Below, one piece after another: positions 12,318-21,474 of a stretch of DNA of 39,351 bases. The DNA is from an uncultured Nitrospiraceae bacterium (lineage in GTDB: Bacteria > Nitrospirota > UBA9217): NCBI GenBank assembly GCA_964617655.1, contig CAZTXN010000004.1, forward strand, positions 1-39,351, written 5' to 3'. The notes under the pieces are model-generated. The model did no database searches, was not told the DNA's origin, and saw only the letters and a program-made list of their open reading frames with translations. Every line of letters begins with the position of its first letter. Position 1 is the stretch's first letter. Position numbers and translations under genes: made by a program.

Positions 12318-13379
12318 GTGCAGCAGCCGATGTTTTATGCTATCATGAGGACACGGAAAGGCCCGGACCTGCCGATGCTACAGCGAACATCCCTCATCCT
12401 TGCAATCTGCAGTTCCCTCGCCCTGCCGGGCTGCGCGCTCATCCTGGGAACAAACGATGCTGCCGGACCGCAGGCCGGCGGACCGCGCGTCAGCTATGTG
12501 GAGACGCTCCGGAACCAGGCCAGCTTCGGCGCAGCCCGGTTCCTCGAGACGGACCCGTCGGCCAGCCCGGCGGCCTCGCTCCAGCGGCCGGTCGCGGTGG
12601 CAGCCGATGATTTTCGCGTGTATGCCGCGGACCGCTCCCCGGCCGGCCGGCTCGTCGTCTTCGACCGCCAGGAACGCACCGTGACCTTCTTGACCGGCCC
12701 GACGCCCACGGCGGTCACCTCGTTCACCTATCTGGAGCCGGCCGCTGTCGCCGTGGACGGGACCGGCGCCATCTATGTCGCTGATGCCCATCAGGGCATG
12801 GTGGTCGTTCTCGACAGGAACGGGGCGCTGCTGCTCACCATCGGCCGCCGCGGCGAGCTCTCGTATCCGGCGGGCCTTGCTCTCGACGCGAAGCGCGGGC
12901 GGCTGTTCGTGGCGGACAAGCATGCCGGACTTGTCCGCGTCCTCACCCTGCGGGGCGAGCCGCTCTTCGAGATCGGCAGGTCAGGTCGGAAGGACGACCT
13001 GCGGACTCCCGTTGCCGTCGCCCTGGACAAGGACGGCTCGATCGCGGTCCTCGACAGCGGGAGAAGGAGCGTCCATCTCTACGGTCCCGAGGGAGCGCAT
13101 CTCAGGACGTTCCGGATCAGCGCCGGCAGGGAGGAGCAGCCGGCGCGGCCTGCAGGCATCGCCGTGGACAGCGCGGGACGCATCTCGGTCACCGATACCG
13201 CGACGAACAGCATACTGGTATTCGACCGGGAGGGTTCCCTGCTCGCGCGTTGGGGCGGGATGGGAAGCCGCCAGGACGAGTTCTGGTCTCCCGCAGGGAT
13301 CTTCATCGGCTCCCGGGACATGGTCTACATCGCCGACCACATGAACGGCCGCATCCAGGTCTATCAGTACGAAAAATGA
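12318..13379 (+). CDS. NHL-repeat six-bladed beta-propeller lipoprotein (paralog 1)
   Basis: Six repeats of the type PxGxAVDxxGxxYVADxxNxRIxVF, for example PAAVAVDGTGAIYVADAHQGMVVVLD and SPAGIFIGSRDMVYIADHMNGRIQVYQY. Lipobox-like LALPGC. Start is ambiguous (GTG 12318, ATG 12330/12345/12375). 1 nt after the upstream stop. Confidence 0.85.
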   Translation: MQQPMFYAIMRTRKGPDLPMLQRTSLILAICSSLALPGCALILGTNDAAGPQAGGPRVSYVETLRNQASFGAARFLETDPSASPAASLQRPVAVAADDFRVYAADRSPAGRLVVFDRQERTVTFLTGPTPTAVTSFTYLEPAAVAVDGTGAIYVADAHQGMVVVLDRNGALLLTIGRRGELSYPAGLALDAKRGRLFVADKHAGLVRVLTLRGEPLFEIGRSGRKDDLRTPVAVALDKDGSIAVLDSGRRSVHLYGPEGAHLRTFRISAGREEQPARPAGIAVDSAGRISVTDTATNSILVFDREGSLLARWGGMGSRQDEFWSPAGIFIGSRDMVYIADHMNGRIQVYQYEK

Positions 13380-14404
13380 TGCTTCTGAAAGGTCCGATCC
13401 CGATGCACGGCGTGCTCGCAGCATGCGCGGCCGCCGTCCTTCTCGTTGCCTGCGCCCAGCCTCCTCCCCGGCCGGAACCCGACAATCTCATCTGGCCCCT
13501 GCCGCCGGCCCAGCCGCGGATCAAGTATGTCCGCTCGATCTACACCGAGGACGATCTCGGCCGGGAGTATTCCTTCCTGGAGAAGCTGTTCGGGAAGGAT
13601 TACTACGACGGCATGGCCCGGCCCTACGGAGTGAGCATCGGTCGCGGCAAGCTCTTCGTCTCCGATGTGATGCTTCGGCGCGTCCTGGTCTTCGACCTCG
13701 AACAAAAGCGCATGTCCAACGTGGGCGGAGAGGGCGGATTCCAGCTGCCGGCGGCCGCGGCGCCGGACGCGGCCGGCAATCTCTACGTGGCCGACACCGG
13801 CGGCTCCAAGGTGGTGGTCTATGATCCCCGGGGCGCCTACCGGACCGCGTTCCTGCTTGATGAGGGAAGGCCGGTCGGTCTGGCGGTGAACAACGCACTG
13901 TCCCGGCTCTATGTGGTGGACCGCGCAGGACACCGCGTGGTGGTCTTCGGGCTGGACGGCTCGCTGCTCTTCCAGTTCGGCGGCCGGGGCGCCGCGGAGG
14001 GAAAGTTCAACATACCTCTCGACATCGCCATCGAGCCTGACGGGACGGTCCATCTGCTGGACAGCGGCAACTTTCGCGTGCAGTCCTTCACGCCTGACGG
14101 CGCCTTTCTGTCCGCCTTCGGCGCCGTGGGCGACGCGCCGGGCATGTTCGCGAATCCCAAGGGCATCGCGGTCGATTCCGACGGCCACCTCTACGTGACC
14201 GATGCGGCCTTCTCGAACTTCCAGATCTTCGACCGCAGGGGGAACATCCTGCTGCATGTGGGCGAGGCGGGCGTCCTGCCGGGATCTCTTCGGATGCCCG
14301 CGGGGATCGCGATCGATGAGCAGGACCGCATCTATGTCGCCGACCAGATGAACGCACGGATCCAGGTGTTCCAGTACCTGAAGGGGGCCGGGGGGACGCG
14401 GTGA
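13376..14404 (+). CDS. NHL-repeat six-bladed beta-propeller lipoprotein (paralog 2)
   Basis: Lipobox LLVAC after MMLLKGPIPMHGVLAACAAAV. Six NHL repeats, for example NPKGIAVDSDGHLYVTDAAFSNFQIFD and MPAGIAIDEQDRIYVADQMNARIQVFQY. ATGA overlap with paralog 1. The ORF-track start at 13250 was rejected. Confidence 0.85.
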   Translation: MMLLKGPIPMHGVLAACAAAVLLVACAQPPPRPEPDNLIWPLPPAQPRIKYVRSIYTEDDLGREYSFLEKLFGKDYYDGMARPYGVSIGRGKLFVSDVMLRRVLVFDLEQKRMSNVGGEGGFQLPAAAAPDAAGNLYVADTGGSKVVVYDPRGAYRTAFLLDEGRPVGLAVNNALSRLYVVDRAGHRVVVFGLDGSLLFQFGGRGAAEGKFNIPLDIAIEPDGTVHLLDSGNFRVQSFTPDGAFLSAFGAVGDAPGMFANPKGIAVDSDGHLYVTDAAFSNFQIFDRRGNILLHVGEAGVLPGSLRMPAGIAIDEQDRIYVADQMNARIQVFQYLKGAGGTR

Positions 14405-16215
14405 TGGAAAAGAAAGCGGCCGTACGCGGCATCATCCAGTCCCTCGGCCTGGTCTTCGGGGACATCGGCACCAGCCCCATCTATACGATCACGGTCATCT
14501 TCCTGATCACTGCCAAGACCGAGGAGAACGTCATCGGCGTGCTCTCGCTCATCGCCTGGACGGTCATCCTGCTCGTGACGGTCAAGTATGCATGGCTTGC
14601 CATGGGACTGGGAAAACGGGGTGAAGGCGGGATCATCGTGCTGACCGAGATCCTCACGCCCTACCTGACCTCGGCCCGCCAGGCCGCCTTCGTGACGTTC
14701 ATCTCCTACGTGGGCATCTCGCTCTTCGTGGGCGACGGGGTCATCACGCCCGCCATCAGCATCCTCTCGGCCGTGGAGGGGCTGCTGCTGATCCCCGGAC
14801 TCGAGGATACGCCGCAGACCGTCCTCATCCTGGTCGCGGGCGTGATCGCCATCGTGCTCTTTTCGGTCCAGCGGAAGGGCACCGAGAAGGTGGCGGGCTC
14901 CTTCGGGCCGATCATGCTGGTCTGGTTCCTGGTGCTGGCCGCTTCGGGGATTGCGTCCATCATCGAGATGCCGTCGGTGATGAAGGCTCTGAGCCCGGTG
15001 TACGGGATCCGGTTCCTCGACCAGAACATCCTGGCCGGATTCTTCATCCTCGCGGAGGTGATCCTCTGCGCAACGGGCGGCGAGGCGCTCTACGCGGACA
15101 TGGGCCACCTGGGAGGCGAACCCATCCGGCGCGCCTGGAACTTCGTCTTCCCGGCCCTCATCCTGAGCTACTTCGGCCAGGGGGCCTTCCTTGCCCAGCA
15201 TCCGGAGACGAAGAACGTGCTGTTCGAGATGATCTACTCCCAGGCGCGGATCCTCTACATCCCGTTCCTGCTCCTGAGCATCAGCGCGACCATTATCGCA
15301 TCCCAGGCGATGATCAGCGGCATGTTCTCCCTCGTCTTCCAGGGCATCATGACCAGGATCATGCCGATCCTGAAGGTCGACTTCACGTCCCACGAGCGTC
15401 AGTCGCAGATCTATATCGGCACGGTGAACTGGGCGCTGCTCATTGCGGTGCTCTTCATCATCGTGGAGTTCGGCGCCTCCAGCAAACTTGCGGTGGCCTA
15501 CGGCCTCGCGGTCACCGGCACCATGACCGTCACCGGCATCATGATGATCTGGATCTTCCTGAAACGGGGGCAGCTTGTCCGCGCCTGGGCCTCGGTGCTC
15601 GTGACCCTGATCGCTTTCGTCTACCTGCTCTCGAACACCACCAAGATCCCGCACGGCGGGTACTGGTCCCTGGTCATCGCCGCGATCCCCTTCGGGGTGA
15701 TCCTCCTGTATACGATCGGCCAGCGCAGGCTCTACCGGGCCATGCAGCCGCTCCCCCAGGACGTCTTCCTGCTGAGCTACAACCAGATCTATGCCGCGAT
15801 GCCCAAGATCCGGGGAACGGCGCTCTTCTTCGCCAAGGACCCCCGGGAGATGCCGCCCTATGTCGTCCACACGATGTTCAAGAACCACATCATCTACGAG
15901 GACAATATCATCGTCTCGATCGTCCGGCGCCAGGACCCCTTCGGCGTCACCGGGTTCTTCAAGGACGACCTGGCGCCCGGCCTCCGTTCCTTCGAGATCC
16001 AGGTGGGCTACATGGAGGTCATCGACGTGGACGATATCCTGCGCGACAACGGGATGAACGAGAAGGCCATCTTCTACGGCGTCGAGGATATCCTGTCCGG
16101 CAACATCTTCTGGAAGGCCTTCTCGGCCATGAAGAAGCTGACCCCGAACATCGTGCAGTTCTACAAGCTTCCCTACAACAAGCTGCACGGCGTCGTGACG
16201 CGCGTGGAGATGTAG
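14404..16215 (+). CDS. kup: Kup/HAK/KT-family K+ transporter (copy 1)
   Basis: GLVFGDIGTSPIYT signature, ~12 TM core, GGEALYADMGHLG, cytoplasmic C-terminal domain. ATG 14404 overlaps the NHL-2 TGA (TGATG). GTG 14401 is an alternative start. Confidence 0.93.
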   Translation: MEKKAAVRGIIQSLGLVFGDIGTSPIYTITVIFLITAKTEENVIGVLSLIAWTVILLVTVKYAWLAMGLGKRGEGGIIVLTEILTPYLTSARQAAFVTFISYVGISLFVGDGVITPAISILSAVEGLLLIPGLEDTPQTVLILVAGVIAIVLFSVQRKGTEKVAGSFGPIMLVWFLVLAASGIASIIEMPSVMKALSPVYGIRFLDQNILAGFFILAEVILCATGGEALYADMGHLGGEPIRRAWNFVFPALILSYFGQGAFLAQHPETKNVLFEMIYSQARILYIPFLLLSISATIIASQAMISGMFSLVFQGIMTRIMPILKVDFTSHERQSQIYIGTVNWALLIAVLFIIVEFGASSKLAVAYGLAVTGTMTVTGIMMIWIFLKRGQLVRAWASVLVTLIAFVYLLSNTTKIPHGGYWSLVIAAIPFGVILLYTIGQRRLYRAMQPLPQDVFLLSYNQIYAAMPKIRGTALFFAKDPREMPPYVVHTMFKNHIIYEDNIIVSIVRRQDPFGVTGFFKDDLAPGLRSFEIQVGYMEVIDVDDILRDNGMNEKAIFYGVEDILSGNIFWKAFSAMKKLTPNIVQFYKLPYNKLHGVVTRVEM

Positions 16216-16244
16216 TTCACGCCGCAGCTGCGAAAGGTCCCGGG

Positions 16245-18074
16245 ATGCCGGGAGACATGAACACGAACTGGACAGCGCCCTTCCGGGGCACCGTGAAGTC
16301 CCTCGGCCTGGTCTTCGGCGACATCGGCACAAGCCCCATCTATACCCTTACCGTCGTCTTCCTCCTGACCCGGCCCACGGAGCAGCATGTCATCGGCGTG
16401 CTCTCCCTCGTCTTCTGGACGCTCGTCCTGCTCGTCACCGTCCAGTATGCCTGGCTGGCCACCAGCCTGGGAAAGCGCGGAGAGGGCGGGACCATCGTGC
16501 TCCGGGAGATCCTCGCGCCGATGCTGCGATCCGGCCGCCAGGCCGCGTTCGTGACCGCCCTGACCTATATCGGGATATCGCTCATGATCGGCGACGGCGT
16601 CATCACGCCGGCCATCAGCATCCTTTCCGCCGTGGAGGGCATGCTGCTGATACCGGGCCTTGCGGGGACCGGCCGATGGGTCCTGATCCTGATCGCAGGC
16701 GCCATCGCCCTGACGCTCTTCCTGGTGCAGCGGCAGGGGACGGAGAAGGTCGCGGCGGCATTCGGCCCGGTCATGGCCCTCTGGTTCATCGTGCTCGCAC
16801 TCTCCGGCGCGGCATCCATCGTCCGGACGCCGTCGGTGCTCACGGCGGTGAACCCCCAGCACGCTGCGGCATTCCTGGCGGAGAACGGCGTGGCTGGGTT
16901 CTTCATCCTGTCCGAGGTGGTGCTCTGCGCCACCGGAGGCGAGGCGCTCTATGCCGATATGGGACATCTGGGGCGCAGGCCGATCGTGCTGGCATGGCAC
17001 TTCGTGTTCACGGCGCTGGTGGTCAATTATATGGGCCAGGGAGCTTACCTGGTGCGGAACCCGGAGGCAAAGAACGTCCTGTTCGAGATGATCTATCAGC
17101 AGGCCAGCGCGCTCTACATCCCGTTCCTGGTCCTCTCGGTCCTGGCCACGATCATCGCTTCCCAGGCCATGATCAGCGGCATGTTCTCCATCGTCTACCA
17201 GGGGATCGCGACCCGCATCCTTCCCATGCTGCGCATCGCCTATACCTCGGTGGAGCGGCGGTCGCAGATCTATATCGGTGCGGTGAACTGGTTTCTGCTG
17301 GGGTCGGTGCTCTTCATCATGGTGGAGTTCCAGGAGTCGAGCAGGCTGGCCGCCGCCTACGGACTTGCGGTGACCGGGACCATGACCCTGACCGGCATCA
17401 TGATGACCTGTATCTTCCGCCTGCAGCGGAAGTACGGCCGCATGGCGGCGGCGATGCTGGTTACCGCGGTTTCCGCCGTCTATCTGCTCTCGAACACCAC
17501 GAAGATCCCGCATGGCGGGTACTGGTCGCTCATCATCGCGGCGCTGCCGCTCTGCGTCATCCTGATCTATACGCAAGGCCAGCGAAAGCTCTATGAGGAG
17601 CTTCGTCCGATGCCGTTCGAAGTGTTCCTGCCGAGCTACCAGCAGCTCTACCAGGGGATGTGCCGCATTCCGGGCACGGCGCTCTTCTTCGCCAAGGACC
17701 CGATGACGGTGCCGCCCTATCTGTCGCACACGATGATCAAGAACAACATTCTCTACGAGACCAATATCATCGTATCCATCCTCCGGCGGGAGGATCCCTT
17801 CGGCGTGGCGGCGTACTTCAAGGACGATCTGGCGCCCGGCCTGCGGGTGTTCGAGGTCCAGCTGGGCTACATGGAGGTCCCGGACCTGGAGGCGCTCCTC
17901 CGGGAGGCGGGCATATCGGAAAAAGCGATATTCTACGGCGTCGAGGACATCTATGCCTCGAACTGCCTCTGGCAGACTTTTTCCGTCATCAAGAAGCTCA
18001 CCCCGTCGCTCGTTCAGTTCTATCAGCTTCCCTCCAACAGGCTGCATGGCGTGGTCACCAAGGTCGAGATGTAG
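16245..18074 (+). CDS. kup: Kup/HAK/KT-family K+ transporter (copy 2, tandem paralog)
   Basis: Same signatures (GLVFGDIGTSPIYT, GGEALYADMGHLG, NTTKIPHGGYWSL). Collinear with copy 1 along its full length. 29 nt after copy 1. Confidence 0.93.
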   Translation: MPGDMNTNWTAPFRGTVKSLGLVFGDIGTSPIYTLTVVFLLTRPTEQHVIGVLSLVFWTLVLLVTVQYAWLATSLGKRGEGGTIVLREILAPMLRSGRQAAFVTALTYIGISLMIGDGVITPAISILSAVEGMLLIPGLAGTGRWVLILIAGAIALTLFLVQRQGTEKVAAAFGPVMALWFIVLALSGAASIVRTPSVLTAVNPQHAAAFLAENGVAGFFILSEVVLCATGGEALYADMGHLGRRPIVLAWHFVFTALVVNYMGQGAYLVRNPEAKNVLFEMIYQQASALYIPFLVLSVLATIIASQAMISGMFSIVYQGIATRILPMLRIAYTSVERRSQIYIGAVNWFLLGSVLFIMVEFQESSRLAAAYGLAVTGTMTLTGIMMTCIFRLQRKYGRMAAAMLVTAVSAVYLLSNTTKIPHGGYWSLIIAALPLCVILIYTQGQRKLYEELRPMPFEVFLPSYQQLYQGMCRIPGTALFFAKDPMTVPPYLSHTMIKNNILYETNIIVSILRREDPFGVAAYFKDDLAPGLRVFEVQLGYMEVPDLEALLREAGISEKAIFYGVEDIYASNCLWQTFSVIKKLTPSLVQFYQLPSNRLHGVVTKVEM

Positions 18075-18115
18075 ATCTCCTCTCTGTGCCGTTCTTCGGG
18101 CAGCGTCGGGTCGCA

Positions 18116-18144
18116 TTGCATTCTCCCGCGGCCTGTGCTACAGT
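18116..18144 (+). promoter_or_regulatory. Candidate sigma70 promoter (TTGCAT-17-TACAGT)
   Basis: Hexamers at 18116-18121 and 18139-18144 with a 17 nt spacer, upstream of the cupin gene. Confidence 0.3.
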
Positions 18145-18185
18145 CGGGGCATCGAGGGGCCTGCTATCCGGGAAAGGGTGCGGTC

Positions 18186-18515
18186 ATGCGGATCTTTGAC
18201 GTTGCAGAAAAGGTTGCCGGCTCGGGCGAGTACATCCTGGGCGCGGACGCCACCGGCAGTCATGCCTGTTACCTTATCTACGGCGTGCTGCGGCCAGGCG
18301 AGGAGGGGCGGGAGCTGCGGCCGGGAAGCGGCCATGAAGAGATGGTGCTCTGTCTCTCGGGTGAACTGCGCCTGACCGGGGCATGCACGGGCTCCCTGCG
18401 GGCGGGCCAGGCGGTCCATCTGCGGGGCGAGGAGCGCTGTCTCGCAGCGAATCCCGGTGCTGCCGAGGCTCGGTACGTCATCGCAGGCGGTCATTCCAGT
18501 GAAGGACATCACTGA
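18186..18515 (+). CDS. Small cupin-fold protein
   Basis: MRIFDV...GSGHEEMVLCLSGELRLT...GQAVHL pattern typical of single-domain cupins. SD GAAAGGGTG lies before ATG 18186. Confidence 0.6.
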   Translation: MRIFDVAEKVAGSGEYILGADATGSHACYLIYGVLRPGEEGRELRPGSGHEEMVLCLSGELRLTGACTGSLRAGQAVHLRGEERCLAANPGAAEARYVIAGGHSSEGHH

Positions 18516-18603
18516 CCGCGCCTGAAGGAGCGGTTCGCAGGGAGCGGGAGCGGTCCCGGACGGCTGCGTCGCGTTCGCAGGAAGGGCAGGGCAGGGGAGG
18601 AAC

Positions 18604-20233
18604 ATGGGAGGAGCGCGCACTGACGACGGCCAGGACTGGCTGGTCGTCTACAAGAAGCGCATCATCATCGGCATCGTCGCCATCCTGACGCTGACCATCG
18701 TCCTGACCCTGTTCTTCATCGTCTGCACCATGCGCCAGCGGCTGATGGAGGAGAGCAGGCACCGGGCCGAGGAGCTTGGCACGGTGCTGCACTCCAGCCT
18801 CTCCCATCTCATGGAGGCGCGGGACCCCGACCGGATGCAGCGGACGTTGGTGGCCGTGGGCCGGGGAGATACGACGATCCTTCGAGCGGCCATCATCGAC
18901 AACCGCGGCCGGATCGCCTACTCTTCGAACGAGCGGGAGGTCGGGTCGGTGGTCGACCGGGCGGCGGACCCCTCCTGCACCGGCTGCCACCGCGGCACCG
19001 AGGTCACGACCCACGAGACCACGACCACCCTGACGCTGCATGGCGAGCAGGCACTGCGGTACGTGCATATCATCCCGAACGAGCCGTCCTGTCATGCCTG
19101 CCATCCGCCCTCCGTGCGGATCAACGGCAAGCTGATCATCGACCGTTCGCTCGAGCCCACCCGGACGCTGGTGGGCGCCATCGTCGTCATCATCTCGGGG
19201 CTGGGCGTCGTCTGCCTCGCCATCCTCATCCCGTTCCTCTGGAGGATCCTCTCCCGGGGCGTCAATACCTACATCGACGAGATCCGCCTGCGGTCGGCCG
19301 AACTCGGGATGCTCTATAACGCCGTGGACCGGCTGAGCGCCACGATCGAGTTCGAGGCCCTGAAGCGCGTCATCATCGAGATCATCAGCGAGACGCTGGA
19401 TGCGGACGAAGTGGACATGGTGCTGCCGAGCGAGTACAAGGACCTCGGCGCAACGGTCTGGAGCAGGATGGACGGAGCTATCGCGCGGAAGAAGGTGGAG
19501 CAGGGAGCGATGCTGCACACGGTCATCCGGCGGTGGCTCGACGGCGGGCTGACGGAGCTCGAGCTGGACCGGTCGGGACGGGAGATCGTGGCGCCGGTCT
19601 CGAAGGCCGGGAACCGCGTGGCCCTCATCGTGGTCCGGTCGGGCGAGACGGGCTTCACGGCGGCCCAGCTGCCGCTCCTGCGCGCCATGGCGAACCATAT
19701 CGCCGTGGCCTTCGAGAACGCCACGCTCTACCAGATGGCCATCACGGACGAGCTGACCGGGCTCTACTCGAACCGTCATTTCCGCCATACGATCATCCGC
19801 AAGTACGCGGCGTTCCAGGAGTTCGGCGAGAAGATGACGCTGCTCATGGCGGACATCGACAACTTCAAGCGGATCAACGATACCTACGGCCATCCGGCAG
19901 GGGACGCCATCCTGAAGGACGTGGGCAGGTGCATCCTGAACTCGATCCGCGAGGACGACCTGGCCTTCCGGTACGGCGGCGAGGAGTTCGCGGTCATCCT
20001 GCCCGCCACGGACATCCCCGCCGGCGAGGCGGTGGCGGAGCGCATGCGTGCCCTGATCGCCCATTTCCCCTTCAAGGCGGACCAGCACGTGCTGACCGTG
20101 ACCGTGAGCATCGGGGTCTCGGCCTGGCCGGCGAGCGCCGAGAACGTGAAGGACCTGGTCATGGAAGCCGACAAGGCGCTCTATGAGGCGAAGCACACGG
20201 GCAAGGACCGGGTGAAGGTGAGGAAGAAAGAGT

Positions 20234-20235
<2 letters not shown>
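18604..20235 (+). CDS. Diguanylate cyclase: periplasmic 2x CxxCH sensor domain - TM - GAF - GGDEF
   Basis: TM1 IIIGIVAILTLTIVLTLFFIV. CTGCH (18976-18990) and CHACH (19090-19104) precede TM2. GAF region follows. Active GGEEF with an RxxD I-site (REDD-x5-GGEEF). SD GGGGAGG. Confidence 0.9.
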
Positions 20236-20289
<54 letters not shown>

Positions 20290-20292
20290 CTG

Positions 20293-21393
20293 CTAGAGCG
20301 GCAGCTTCTTGTTCTCCTCGATCGCCGGGCCGGCCTCGGCGCCGCTCAGGGAGCGGAGCCGGTCGTCGAACTTGCCGAGCCGCTTCTCAGCGTCGTCGTA
20401 TTTCGTCCGCATGTTCGTGAGGTGCTTGCCCACGAGTTCGAAGTCCGACCGGAACCGGTCGAAATCGCCCGCGAGCTGGGCGAGGCCCTTCAGGATCTCC
20501 TGGGCACGCTCCTCGATATGCATGCCCTTCAGGCCGAGCAGGATGGTCTGGAGGTAGGCATAGAAGCTGTTCGGCGAGACCGGGATGACCCGCCGGGCGA
20601 AGGAGTAGTTCAGGAGCCCCTTCTCGGTCTCCACGGCCTCGTCCTTGATGATCATCTCGTAGTAGACGTTCTCGGCCGGGATGTACATGAGGGCGAAGTC
20701 GAAGGTCCCCTCGTCCGGCAGGATGTATTTCACCGCGATCGCGTCCACATGCTTCTTCACGTCCGCCAGGAACTTTCTCCGCGCCGCCTTTGCTTCGTCC
20801 TCCGGCGCGGCCTCGATCATCCTCTTGAAGTTCTCGAGCGGGAACTTGGCGTCCACCGGCGCCAGGTTGCCGCCCAGCCGGATCACCGCGTCCACCACCT
20901 CGCCGCTCCGGAAGCGGTGCTGAAGGCTGAAATGGGCCGGCGGCAGGATCTGGGCCAGCAGGTCGCCGAGGAAGAGCTCGCCCAGTCCGCCGCGCAGCTT
21001 GGGCGACCGCAGGATCTCCTGCAGGCTCGCGATGTCCTTCCCCACGTCGAAGACCTTCTTCGTCGCCTCGGAGAGCCCGCCCAGCCCCTTGCTCACCTCG
21101 GATACGACCCGGGCCGCGTTGTCCAGCCGGGTGTTCAGGTCGCCGGTGGAGCGCTGGAGCTGCTGGGTCACGTCCGTGAGCCGCGTATTGACCTGTCCGG
21201 TGATCTCCACGAGCTGCTTGTTCACCATCTCCTGGTTCCTGAGCATGGCGTCGGAGAGCTGGCCGCGGAGGGACTGGACCTCCTGCTGGAGCAGGGGGAT
21301 GGAGGGGTCCGCGGTTCGCGTCCGGCTCTGCAGCACGAGCCAGAGGAGAAGAATAACGATGACCGCAAGAGATATGAGAATGGTCGTGAGCAT
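20293..21393 (-). CDS. rmuC: DNA recombination protein RmuC
   Basis: N-terminal TM helix, long coiled coil, and a C-terminal block (GELFLGDLL...PVDAKFPLENF...ALMYIPAENVYYE) characteristic of RmuC. Confidence 0.92.
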   Translation of the reverse strand: MLTTILISLAVIVILLLWLVLQSRTRTADPSIPLLQQEVQSLRGQLSDAMLRNQEMVNKQLVEITGQVNTRLTDVTQQLQRSTGDLNTRLDNAARVVSEVSKGLGGLSEATKKVFDVGKDIASLQEILRSPKLRGGLGELFLGDLLAQILPPAHFSLQHRFRSGEVVDAVIRLGGNLAPVDAKFPLENFKRMIEAAPEDEAKAARRKFLADVKKHVDAIAVKYILPDEGTFDFALMYIPAENVYYEMIIKDEAVETEKGLLNYSFARRVIPVSPNSFYAYLQTILLGLKGMHIEERAQEILKGLAQLAGDFDRFRSDFELVGKHLTNMRTKYDDAEKRLGKFDDRLRSLSGAEAGPAIEENKKLPL

Positions 21394-21401
21394 AGGTGAT
21401 T

Positions 21402-21471
21402 CGGTACAGAGTACACAGTACAGCGTACAGAAACAAGATGTTTTGTGCTCTGTGCCCTGTACTCGGTACCG
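21402..21471. repeat. Heptamer-array hairpin (GTACAGA words)
   Basis: Left arm GTACAGA/GTACACA/GTACAGC/GTACAGA (21404-21431). Right arm TGTGCTC/TGTGCCC/TGTACTC/GGTACCG (21444-21471). Lies between the rmuC start and the nadA stop. Confidence 0.8.
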
Positions 21472-21474
21472 TCT

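Noticed and set aside
13250-13375. Upstream extension of the second NHL gene (similarly 34450-34539 for copZ and 22614-22694 for era)
   Set aside because: The extensions overlap the preceding gene or lack family-typical sequence. Internal ATGs give proper signal peptides or N-termini with SD sites.
14332-18116. 666-aa and 647-aa ORFs antisense to the two kup genes
   Set aside because: Their composition is charged, D/R/H/G-rich and non-membrane. The plus strand has Kup signatures throughout.
18478-20196. 572-aa ORF antisense to the GGDEF gene
   Set aside because: Shadow ORF; GAF/GGDEF motifs are on the plus strand.
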